Assembly (NCBI GenBank): GCA_000708835.1
Contig: DF237273.1
Coordinates: 1 to 64,000 of the forward strand
From: Klebsormidium nitens
Taxonomy: Eukaryota; Plantae; Klebsormidiophyceae
Length of the DNA stretch: 64,000 nucleotides
Direction of reading: 5' to 3'
In this document: piece after piece, positions 30,401 to 42,360 of the stretch
Numbering within the stretch: position 1 is the first letter of the stretch
Layout of the letters: the number at the start of each line of letters is the position of its first letter
Translations under genes and position numbers: made by a program
Notes under the pieces: generated by a model
Databases searched by the model: none
Told to the model about the DNA's origin: nothing
What the model saw: only the letters and a program-made list of their open reading frames with translations

Positions 30401-31871
30401 GCGTTTTGCCAAACCCTGCAGGCCCGTGCACGAGGATCTTACGCCCACCGCTCGGCAGCTGTCCGTCCATCAGCTGGACTGCGCGATCTACCAAGGCCTT
30501 GAACTGAGACCGACCCATGACAGCAACCCCCAGCTTCTCTTCAACTTTCACCACCAGCAACCGGAGATCCTGGGTTCTCAAGACTTTTGCCTGCGGCAAG
30601 ATGCTCCAGCCGTTCAAGACATCAGCTCCCACGTCTCCAGTCTCTACCTTCCTTTTCTTCACCAGCTCCTTTGCAATACTCCCGGACTCCGCTGTTTCGT
30701 CGTACCTGAGCCGCTTGGATTTGGGTATGGATGGAACCCCTGCAGACCCAAGCCAATGGTTAGATTGACTTTGCCTTGGAAGAGCACGCTAACTTAGCTT
30801 CCATGCTTTTAGGCTAACTTTGCGTCATGTTAATCGCCTCAAGGAAACAACTTCACAATCTGGAAGCTTACATTGTAAAATGATGTCAACGTTGAACAAA
30901 GTGAATCCTTGCGTCTACTAGAACCAGAGACCTCCAGCACTGTGCCCCACCAGCAGGAATGGACAATCAAGACCATCAATGAGGAGTGGCAGGCAGCAGT
31001 CCAGGCCCAAAATTCCACGGAGCACGCCTGTGGGTCCTTTCTGATATGCTCAAGGATGACAGATGAGAATCTCAGACAATGTCAGATTTGCTGACAGAGT
31101 GTCGGCTTTGTTCGTTGACAGCGATGGTATGCTAAGAAAAAAAGGCCAACTTCCTAAGCATGCAGCGGCTATGCTGACAGACTCTTCCTGCCTCTTTGTT
31201 GCAATCATCATTGTTGCACCTTCTGTGATCAGAGGCAAGTAACCATTTAAGCTTGCACCTGCCGAACCGCAGGAAGATGCTGGCATAAGGCTTGCAAAAG
31301 AATTCAACTCATGGCGCCCAAGACTCATATCCAACCTGACAAGACCTTCACTGTGCATATTGTTGCAAAAGAAAATGAGTTTGTTGAGAGACTCGTTGAG
31401 CCTGGCCTTGCAGCAAGCAGAGGCTGCCATGAGAGTAAACTGAAGGTGATTTCAGAGTTGCTTCAGGCACAGCTGGATTTCCACAACCCCCAACCCTACC
31501 AGATCCCTGGCCAGACAGGTGAAAGAACCCAGGAGAGCAAAGGGAAATGCTTAAAGAGGCACCGACACACTGGAGGGGTGGTGTGAATCACTGCATCTAC
31601 AATTAACCAGAAAGCTCCAGCACTCTGCCAGATTGCAGGCATGCACGATTGCTACTGCATCAAGGGGAAACCAACCTGCTGGCTGCAGCCGAGCCTTCTC
31701 CTCAAGCAGAAGGTTCCAACTCTGCTGCAGGGAGGCCAGACGCTGCTCTAGAGCCAGACGCAGTGCTGCACCATCGGCTTGTGCCTTGACAACCTTAATC
31801 TCGTCCTTCACTTCCGTAATCTCTGCTTCCACTTGCTTGATCTTTAGCTCAACACCCTCGATGGAACTCAT
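27483..31871 (-). CDS. Crinkler/RHS-type (CR) protein: helical N-terminal header + P-loop NTPase + PD-(D/E)xK-like REase, multi-exon
   Basis: Exon 31871-31676 is a coiled coil (MSSIEGVELKIKQVEAEI..). It is followed by ILVHGPAGFGKT and LDQYQ (NTPase), FVPRTPFYPAMDMAIL, then VQVT..H and FCYVVP in ORF 27483-27908, the layout of CR NTPase+REase proteins. Confidence 0.62.
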
Positions 31872-33047
31872 CTTCGAACCTCTCCTGCTTTCCTTTGCAG
31901 AATGAGATGCCGCCTGGCCGCCTTTTAGAAATGTACTCAGCCACCCTGGTCCAACCCCAGTAAAGATCAGGAAGACCCCGACTCTGGAAATGCAAAAGCG
32001 GACGGCGCTTTCCCGTTTGGAGTGAGCTCTGCTCCCCCACGCCTTGTTGTGTCTGTTGGCGTCGAGCCTGCATGTGATGCCTTTGAACGGGAATTGTGGC
32101 GCTGTGGAGAGAGATGACAGCGCACAGTTGCCTTGATTTCTGAACTTCTGACCTTGGCTGCGGTCACCCCCACGGGACAACGGTCTAGCACTGCAGTGTT
32201 CGGTAATGACGGTTGGAGCGCATATGGGCGTATGGCACATAGCTTATGCAAAATGGACGTGGCCGGGGCGGAGTTGGGTGGGAATGTAAGGTCGCGCCAA
32301 CTGCTAGAGGCTAGCTGCCGCCCGCGCGGCCGCGCAAGGTCCCCATGAGGGGTTTTACCAGGGTTTTGCAAATGCTCTGGCTGCGCTGCAGCCGGAATTG
32401 CACATGAAACCAACTTCAGTCCGCTACGGCGCTAGGATACTATATCGCCGTCAGCGCTAGAGCTTCAGTCTGCCTTTCTCGGAGTCCAACTTCAAGCTAG
32501 GCCAAGCCGGGCGCCCTTGTGCCCAGTACGTTGGGTGGACTTTCATTGCCAGGCCCTGCTCACCCAGCCGAAATCACATTGAGCCCTCGCTGGAGGCAAG
32601 AAGCGATGGCATCGGTGCCGTATGAGGTGAGATTCCGGTTGAGATGAAGTTCCAAGCATCTGCGACGAAGAGTGTGCGGGAATCGACTGGAAGCACACGG
32701 GGTGGGCCGGGGAACTCAAGCAGGGTTTGAAAGTCTGGTCTTAAAGCAAAGGCAATTGCGGTCCAGACGTTGAATAAGGCAATTGGTATTCAAACGCAGA
32801 CCACTGGAGTTCTGCATACAGGCTAGCTGACCATCAGCGTTGATGCCAACAGTGATCCACTCCTGTGCCCTCAATCTCTTCTGTGGCCCTGTCCCATAAA
32901 TACAATCCGGCTTGACATCACTGACAGTGATGTTCCCCTCTGACGACAGTCACGAGGTTCCCCAGGATCTGTCCCACCACATTCTGCCTTGCCAGACGAT
33001 AGGGCTTCATCATACTCAAATCAAGTATTGCTCTTCAGCTGCCATTG

Positions 33048-35746
33048 ATGCCCGACGCTGCATTCCTGCAGGAGGCACTGGCCACCCTTCAGAGCATGTT
33101 TGGAGGCCTTGACCGAGACATCATCATCGATGTCCTGGAGCAGAATGGGTGTCAGATGGAGCCCACAGTGGATGCACTTCTGATCCTCAGCGGCGCACAG
33201 GGGGCCAGCCCGAGGGAGGGGCAAGTGGGCGGCAATTCTGCAAAGCTCAGGCAGAGCACGCGGCGAAGTTTCTCAAGTAATGTGAGGGTTTTCCCTATCC
33301 CCCTGCATTTGCAAAGGCCAGAATGTGCCACTCAGTGTCATTCGAAGTTCTGTAGTCGAGTGTGGAGAACGTTGCACTGAGAGGTTGGGAGTGACTGTAT
33401 GACCTGACTCGCAATTTCCTGAGCTCAAGCCGAGACCACTTAGATACGGTGAGCGAATGATTCTGCATACAAGCAATGCTCGTATAATCCGAGCTCAATT
33501 TTGAGCTTGGACCACTGTCCGCTATTTGCCTATTTTTGTGGGTCGCCATGAGTACATGTTTTTACCAAACTAAAGCCAGAACCCAGTGAAACCGTATCCC
33601 CTCTCCAGCCACCTTGCCTTCGTGTTACTCCAGGTCCTGCACCTCTTCTGGGGCACCATCCTCTTGGTGTTTGTCGAATCTGAGCATTCCTATACAAGGC
33701 CCAGCCTGCCCCTGTCTTTGAAGCACTTTGCTCTAAGATGCCCCGTTTGACTGATCTAAGGGCCCTCTCGTTCGGCTGTCGTTCTATGGAGCCTCGACAA
33801 AACTCTCTGATCAGCAGCTTCAAAGCCACGTAAATTGGTTGTAAGTAACCAGGAATCTCTGTTGTTTCCCTTCTTCCTTCCTGGTGGCTCCTTTTCTTCC
33901 ACTGCCCCGTGCATGAGTTCCATCAGCATTCTCCGACTGGTTTTTTCTTTTCTCAGGACCCTGTCCGGAGAACATCTGCTGAGGCGGGACATCGATTAGA
34001 GGGCTTTGGATCAGGGGAGCCGCATCCGAAAGAAGAATACGAAGATGCTCTAGGTGAGGACTTAGCTCGTTTCCGATACTTGAGTTGGCCTGGCGGCAGG
34101 CTAATCGGTGCAGCCGGATCTGACCGGGTCTAATCGAGCTCACCCCCGCATCTTCCAACTTTGCGTCTACCAATCCTGCAATTGGCCTTGCCGTCGAGCA
34201 CGGTTCCCATTGGATTCTGCTCCAGAACAACTCAGGCAGGCCCCTTAGTATGCACACCGAAAAAGTGAGAGTCTGGCTTGGCCGCTCGTCAAGGAACTTG
34301 AAACGCTCTTGTTGTACGCAGTGAGTGGAAGCCTAAAAGAGAAGGTAGCGACTGCCCCCAGCCGAACCATTTCAGCAGGCAGCGGTGAGGCACCGACTCT
34401 CTCTCCTCGTTCCCTGGCCTTCGACATGTCTCTCAAAAGATTGCCGGGTAACCACATGGCTCTGCAGTGATCCCTGCGCAGCAAATCCAGCTTCCGTCTT
34501 GCGGAGAAGTCCAGTCGCAAGGCACTGCATTCAGCGACTTGGGATACTGGCATACGGGCCATCTGCTCGCCGCAGCGTTGCGGATTGACACGACGCCCTC
34601 TTTTAGGAAGTTGCGGGACCAAGCATCCTGCCTGCGCGTGTCTCGTTCACCTCTGCTACGTTTTTCAGCCTCTTGCCTGCTTTTTTCCTTGTTGGAGACT
34701 GCCTTCGAGAACGCCAGCAGGGACGAAGTCGGAGTTCGATGGGGTTTTGGTCAATATGGAGGGATGTTTCAAACGTCCCAATCTAGATCCCGTGTAGATG
34801 TGAAGTTGAAAACATGATAAACGGTCGTGCAAGTTGCGAAGCAGCTGTACGCAATTCTTGACGGTGCGTACTGCCCTTCCCAGCCGCTATGAGGAAGCTG
34901 ACGGAGGTCTTGGCGGATTGGGGCCTCACGTCTAGGAGAAGCAGCAGCGAATACTCGTGAGTGCGCTCTGGCTCAGTTGGCCCCCCAAAAACATAGTGCA
35001 TTCGGGTTTCAATCGAAGTACTATCGGACAGGTCGTCTAATGGTCGCACTTTAGCAAGTTTTGACTCGCAACACCTCTTCAGATTGCGAGCTCGTAAGCC
35101 GACTCGATCTCGAGAAGTGGAATTCTTGCCGAACGGGAGGATAGCAATGCTCCGCAAAGGATGTCGACTCCTTTTGCCTATCGAGCACTTCCAACAATTC
35201 TTTGGCAAGACCGATTGCGCCCCCTGCAACACTCTCCGCGAATTTGCCTACCTTTTAGGAGGAACGTAAAGAAAAGATTGCAGGAAGTACAGGAGAGTTT
35301 TCCAAGGACCCAAGCAACCAATCATCTCCGTCAGATGCCTTTACTGTGCCTCAACTTTCAAACTTGCACTACTCTTTCTCTCCATATCTCAAGTCGCCCA
35401 TCTTGGGGTCGCTCCTCCCCGCAGGCTCGCCCACGAGAACGAGTACCGCACCAGCGCCCTCGACGAGGACCGCCCCTCCGCGAGCACTTCGTACGCCCAA
35501 ACGGCCGGGCAGCTGTTGGACACGGTACAGACCGCGACCGCGAACGCCATCGGCGGCGTCTCGTCGTCCTTCCGGAGGGCGAGCGACGTGAAGCATCGGC
35601 AGCGCGCGGGACGCGAGGGGCAGTCGCTTCTAGCGCACGACGACGATTTTGAGGACGGGGCAGTGCTGAGTAAACAGGAGACGAGGAAAGGTGGGCTGAC
35701 TGTTCGCCGGCGCCGATGTTATGCCACGCCTTCCCTGTGTTCCTAA
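33048..35746 (+). CDS. CUE-domain (ubiquitin-binding) protein, multi-exon; 3' structure uncertain
   Basis: LATLQSMFGGLDRDIIIDVLEQNGCQMEPTVDALL fits CUE. Later exon candidates at ~33956-34053 and ~35425-35746. Confidence 0.6.
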
Positions 35747-37464
35747 ATAGTGGGAATCAATACGTGCTGCTTGGCGAATGTCAAATTTGTCCGGTCTGCG
35801 AGCTGGATTCTGTTGCATTGATCAGCTCGTGAGCCTCCAGTGCAGTCTGTATGTCGCTAGGTACCATTTTGATCTCGTTGTCCGGCGGCATATCATACCC
35901 AGAGTTCTAGCAAAACAATCAATCAAAGCGTTCTGCGCCATCGGACGGCGCTTCTGCACCAAGGCCTCCCGGGGCAAGGCGGTTGCTATGTTTGAGTTCT
36001 TCGCATGCAAGTGGAGGCAACTGCCATCCTCGTTCGTTTGGCCGTTCACTGAATATCACTTGGGTTTCCCGTGGCAGAGGAGTCGCGGTCACTCAATAGT
36101 GGATGGGAAGAAGACGAGGAAGAGGACGAGGGGTTCATTAAGAAGGAGCACTGAGGGGCCGGGGCTTGGGCGTAGCGGCGGCCTTTCACGAGGTTAACAG
36201 TTGAAACCATCACGTGTTGTACATTAGATGGTAAGATAGCAAGCGGGGGGCGTCGGATTCGCTTGTAGTAGAGAGCTTCGCGATGTACATAGCTGAGGCT
36301 AAGGTGTACAGAGCCTGCGGTTTCCGTAGGAAAGTGAGTCGGGTCTTACAAAGATCTTCACAGTAACTCGCCCTTAATGGGTCCAGCGGGAGACTCCCAG
36401 TTGGTTCCAAGAGCGAGAGAAGTGAATTCTAGTCCGGTCAGGACTGCGGTTCTGGCACGTCCAAGTCCAGAGTTTTAGTACCATCTTGACCCATCAGGGA
36501 GAAGCCTCGCTGAACGGACAAAAGTCTTTGGAGGCCTGACCCGTCTGATTGCGCATGAGTCACTCATGCAACCAGAACTCAGCCTATCCAAGCGGATCAT
36601 GCTACGCTGGCATGTCACAGTGCAGGCTGGCGGTGCCAGCCGTTTGCTGGCAGCTCGATCTCATATTCTCCGATCACCTGACTTCAAGAAGTAACAATAT
36701 GTCCAGCTCGAGTGCTGATGCGCGCGGTCACGCTTCTATCATTGCCCTGAGAATGTGGCAACGTCATGAGACATGTGCGGCCCGCTTGTCGGCTTTTGTT
36801 TAATTTATACCCTATTTGTATATTAATTGTTGTATGCATGATCGCATGACGGTCGACTCAAGGCCCGCTAAAGGAATTACAGCTATTATAGATAACGTAC
36901 TCTCCTAAGGATAACATGTGCATACTAAACCGAACCCCACGCAAGTTATCCGACATGTAGACATGAACTTAGCTCTGAAGATGTCATGCATAACGGGCCA
37001 GCGAATAGCTAGGAGAAACATGTGTATCATGATCGATCGTGGTATACATGCCACATGGCATGATGCATATCATTATGCACATGAGCCAGTGGCCCCAACA
37101 TGCTCAGTGGCATGCACTGACTAGCTGAGTGCATGCAACGTTGTGCCAGTCTCTAGGCCGGGCTGGGCCGGGCGGCCAGGCCCCTACTGAACTTAGTAGT
37201 GGCCACTTCAATGCAGTGGAAGTTGGTGAAAGCTCGTCGGGTTTCCCGCGCGTCTGTTTAGAGTTGCGGCGGGTGGCCACAGTTATGTGGAAAGCACGAT
37301 CAACAGATTCGATTGCTAGTAGCATCGGGCTAAGCTGCATGGACGTACAACAGTGAAGTTAGTAACGGATCTGCTCAGAACAATATGCTTTATTTGGCCC
37401 AATGCAAAAATAAGACCTTTTAAATCTGGTCCTTTGCAAAGCTCAACAGCTTTGAGTCAAAGTT

Positions 37465-40400
37465 TCATCGTAGTCGAGGCCGCTTCCCTCGATAAAAGGG
37501 GGGCGGACTCCAAATGCCGGCATCGACAGACATCGTAAGAAGCGAAACTGGCTGCTGCTTAAGCTCCCTTCTTGGCCAAAGACTGACGAGCTCGACAAAG
37601 TCGCTTGGGAAGCTCTGTCGTGTGCGAAACTCTGACATTGTCATCTCCGGTAATCGCCGCTTCAAGCTTTCCCCTTGTACCGTCCCCTCCAATACTTGCC
37701 ACGCTTTCCGTGGGTCACCGTGCGCCTCAGCGCTGACAGTATCCTCGTCTTGTTCGTCGGCCGCTTCTTCGGAATGCACGGCTCCATTTGCGCCGTCTCG
37801 ATGTTGGGTTGTTGCCTCGCTTTGCTTTTCAACCTGCGGATGCGCTTCAATGTCATCCGAAAAATCCTCGTCCTCTTGGCTCCAATGAGCCTCTTTGCCA
37901 TCCGATCGACTGGTGCTTGGTGCCGCTGCATCCGGTTCAAAACGAGATCGCTGGTCTGATGCTCCACCGGCTTCGTCTGCTTTTCGCCGGGGTGCCTCAG
38001 CCCCGCTGCCAATCGCTTCCTGCCCGCCTGTGGCCCCATCAAGCGACAGGGCCACCCCGTGCTTCTCTGGCGCCTCAGAAGGGACGTCGGCCTCCGCCGC
38101 CTCTGCCGTTCCCGCTTCTTCTGGCTCGTCCCGTGCCCCTTGCACCGCGCTTTCCGTTCCCCCTTCCCCTTTACGGTCTGCTCCGCTGACTGCCGTACCC
38201 CCTCTTTCCAAGCTCCCCTTGTCCGCAACAGGTTCTTCGCAGGCTTCGTTGGCGTCAGTGTTTGGTTGTAACGTCACCCCTGCGGAATCCGTCGCCGGGC
38301 CCGCTGGTCCCTCCAAAGCGGAACGGCCGTAAGGGCTGACGTCGAAGTTCGGCTGTAACGTCACCCCTGCGGGTTCCATTGCCTGACCCGCTGGTCCTTC
38401 CGGGCGTTCCGCTTCGCCCTCCGCCGCCTTCTTCCTGGACCGAGTTTCTCGCACGGTAAAATTCTCGAAGGCTCCCCTCCCAGCTTCTGGCAACTTCCGA
38501 TCGGCCAACTCAGGCAGCTCCGCCCTCTCGCTTCCCGCCGCTTCGGCGGGCCGCCCGCCCGACGTCAGCGCGTGACTCACGGCAGTACCAGCTCTGCCGC
38601 TCCTGGTGGTCGGGCGCGCATGCTGGGTGGAGTCGGAGAGTTGCGCGACGTTCTTGCTGAGTGCGGTGGCGGCGGTGAAGGCAGAAGACGTGCCCACCCG
38701 GGCAGACGACTCCCGAGCCGCCTCCGCAGCCTTGGCCGCGGCATGGACTCGCTTTGAGATGGCCGCGGTTCGGGCGGAGGGACGCAGGGAGGCGGGGGCG
38801 TCTGCGGGGGCTGGCTGCTTTTCTACCCGGACGTCCTGCACAAGGACCGAGGCTCCCATGACATCAGGTGCCGTGCTAAGCCAAAGGAGGGCGGTGTTGT
38901 GAGCGCTAGCCTAAGCAGGGAATGTTCATCTCACGTCAGTGAAGAATAGCAGGCTCCGTGAAGAACAGCAGGCAAGGCAAGCGATGGGGACCGAAAGCAG
39001 AGTGCACTGGATACAGCTTGCGTAATAAGTATTACCACCACCCGCAACGGCACCCTCGGGAAGAGCAAAATTGTCAAATGCATCACATTCTGTGGCATGA
39101 CAGAAACCTGGTTCAAAGTTGTTGTACCGGGAAAGGGAGAGGATGACAGAAAATTGCAGGGTAAAAGACCGACTGAAGCGAATGCAAGCTCACCCCCGAC
39201 ACCCCCGACTTTGACCCGTTCACGGCCTTCTTCCGTTCCCTGTTCCTGCCTAGCCTTGAAGCTGTCTCCTGGCTTGACGCCGGTTCCGCGACCGCATCTT
39301 GAAACACTTCCTCGTCCTCCTCTTCTCGTTGTTCTTCAGCCACCGGCCCTTCTTCTTCTTCTACAGATTTTACAAGCTCTGCTGGTTTCGCCCTTATTTC
39401 AGGGCCGGTATCCTGTCCCTTCTCCTCAACCCCATCCTCTTCTACTTGCTGCACAGCCTCCTCAGTGGCCTCAACTTTGTCCTCGTTCTCAGGAGTCGGT
39501 TGCTCCGACGGGCGGTCCAAGACCTCTGCAGCTTCTTCTGGTTCGTCGCCTGAGGCGGACTCGTCCTCTCTCTCCTGAGTCAGACCCTGTGGAGCTGTTT
39601 CGGCCAGGAAGGGCAGCAGCGAATCGAACCCTGGGTCTTGGGTCATTGGCTGAAACTCATCGAACCTCCTGCAGGAAAGAGGGGGTAACCAATCTTAGAA
39701 ACTTTGCAGTCTCGAGCATCTTTACCTCACAGCCTGAAGCCAGAAGCACCTGTCAACAAAGAAAACAAGCTACCCATGATCTAAAAGTCAAGAGGCGTTC
39801 ATAGGTACCAGCAACACAATTATAAGCCGGTCTGGGATTGAAAGTCAGAAGGACGAGTGATGGAAGGAGGAAAGTGCTCGGAGGAAATCATCCTGGAAGA
39901 AAAGGTTTTGCTTGCAAAGGTGCCTGTAGAATGTGGCAGCTTGAGCTTTGAAAGATGTGTGCGGATGTCAATCGACAAACTTCCATCTGGGGAAGTCGAG
40001 GCAATTCATGCGACTTCAAGTGGTAATTATCAGGAGGGAATGGAAACAGAGCTTACGCGTCGGGGGCAGAGGCGGCAGGATCCGCTGCAGGTGGTTGACT
40101 CTCAACAGGAGCCGCTTCTTCCGTCCCATCCTCAAATGCTTCATTGTAGCTGTCAGCTCGGTTAGGACTGTCCAAGTCTTCATCTTGTGAAGTGAAGCGG
40201 GCCGGCTCCTGGAGATCCAAGAAGCCGCCAGTCGCCTGGATCTCATCTTCAACTGAATCCTGCTATGAAAACATATACAGCAATCACTATCAATCTTTAC
40301 AAGGACTTATACCTTTCAACGAAGAGAAGCTGTTTGCTACCTTGTAAAATCGCTCCAAGGAGTCGATAACTCCTCAGAATGTGCCGCCATTGGTAGACGA

Positions 40401-41990
40401 CAAGACTCAGGCACAAAAGTGTCACTTTGCTCAACTAGCAGCGATGCACAGATAGAAATCCTAAACTTGTAAGGCAGATCTTGGAAACTTTGAATGCAAA
40501 AACCACAACACTGCAAAACCTTGAGGTGGCGTACCTTGAGGCCCGATGCATCTTCTTGCTGCACACCGAGGTCTGCCTGTTCGACAGGCACAGTGTCCTC
40601 TTCTGCATCTAGTGGGGTGAAATCATCGCCATACTGCGCTGGGCCCCAGCCTGCAAGGTCCACAGAAGCGCTGATATGAGATTACCAACATGAGGCTCTT
40701 CTTACCTTGCTAGCCCTCTGTGCAGAAGTGACTGATAGCAACTGACTCTCATCATTGATTGTCTGCCACCGTTGCACGCCAACTCTGAACACAGGGGTTC
40801 TATAGAACTTACTTCAGTTCTTACCCTCATGAAAAAGTCCTTGACAGAGGCAAATGCGGGGATGTAAAAAGGCTGCAAGATGCTTTACCTGGTATCTGAG
40901 CAAGCGCTTCTGCCTGGTCAGCTGGGATAAGCGCCCTGCGGATAGCCTGAAGGTTGACAAGCAAAACTCAGAAAGGTTTTCTTGTCGTTGAGTTTCATTT
41001 GTGCCTCCTCTGAATTTACCATCTGCCCCGTTTGTGCCAGGTCGAATGCAAATCATAATCGAACCTCAATTGATTACGAAGCTCAAATTAACACCTCTGA
41101 CTACATCATCAAAAGCTCATCAAGTATCTTGGCAATGCACCACTTCTACTTCTTTCTGCATAAGTATTTGAAGAGGGGCACTCAAGTTTACCAAGGTTTA
41201 TCAACTTTTACCAGAAACAAAGAAGTTGATCATCCTGCAAGTTGGGTGTTTGTCCTTGAAGCAGAAAATATCCTCTCTAAAGTAGTACGCAACATTTCTT
41301 GCAGCTGGACCATACTGGCCACAATGTGACATACAAAGAAAGCAAGGTCTCAGTTTCTCACATTGCTGTATAAATCTGCAGACATTGTCCCACCAGCTCT
41401 TATTTTCCCAGCAAAACCAAAAAAAGGCAACCCTGCAGATCGTTGATGCAGTTCTTTGGGCGCAACTCGAAGTGCCACCTACAAGTAATGCAGGTGCAAG
41501 CTTCTGCTCAGCACACCTCTTCCTTCCTCAACAGTGGACACCAGAATGCCGTCTTCGCATAAACTGTTCTGCACATCATGCTGCCAACAGCATTGCCTAG
41601 TACGGTAGTAGCTTAGGCATCCATGGGTATTGGGCAACCTGACTCAGTGCTGCAGCCTGGCCCTCAGCCTGCACTGGCAGGACCAAAACTCAAGACTCGA
41701 ATGATGAATCAGGTTTGCCGGCGCAATTTGCGCTGCGGCAGTGTATTTCAGGCAGGGGGGTATAAAAAATTGGCATCTTAGCCCCCAGCAGGGTTTTGGA
41801 GTACTTTTGTGACTTGTCCCATGCGCCACGTAATCACCTAAAATCGCATACAAGCCCAGTCAGAATCCACAAGCATGCCACGTCATCTATAAACCAAGAA
41901 GCTATACTGTTACGAGTCACGAGAAAGTGCACATTGAGATACCGAGACCTGATCTGCTTCATCGAGTATATCATCGAGCTTGCGTTTCAT
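37465..41990 (-). CDS. Uncharacterised multi-exon protein with long acidic/low-complexity C-terminal half
   Basis: Candidate start MKRKLDDILDEADQ at 41990, several short GT-AG exons, and long open frames at 39113-39646 and 37465-38859. Confidence 0.55.
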
Positions 41991-42360
41991 GAACGTTGAA
42001 TGAGCCGGCGTCGATTGATGTCTGCACGATACATCTGAGTCGAGGCAAAGCGGATGTACGTCTTCATGATTTGGCGGCCTCGCAGTATGTCGGAGTCTAA
42101 GTTGACGTACAAGTACATGAGCATCATCATGGCTTGAAAAAGAGGAGCTTTTGCAAAATCTGCCCTGTACGTATCACGGTTTCGATTCAAATAACGAATA
42201 GCCAGCGGCACATGCATGTCACTAACACCACATGCGCAGGCTCAAATTCGGTCCTATCCTTACAGACGCAATACTGATACTTATTGCGTGGACAATGATT
42301 GCTACGATCTCAGTGCATCATGTCGCATGTGATTTTACACTCTGTTGATGGGCAACTTTA

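Noticed and set aside
36890-36920. Faint resemblance to the LSU rRNA TAAC..CTCT.AAGGTA region
   Set aside because: Short and imperfect, with no flanking rRNA similarity.
38260-38400. Internal duplication encoding GPAG..AGVTLQPN twice
   Set aside because: Ordinary intragenic repeat in a low-complexity host protein.
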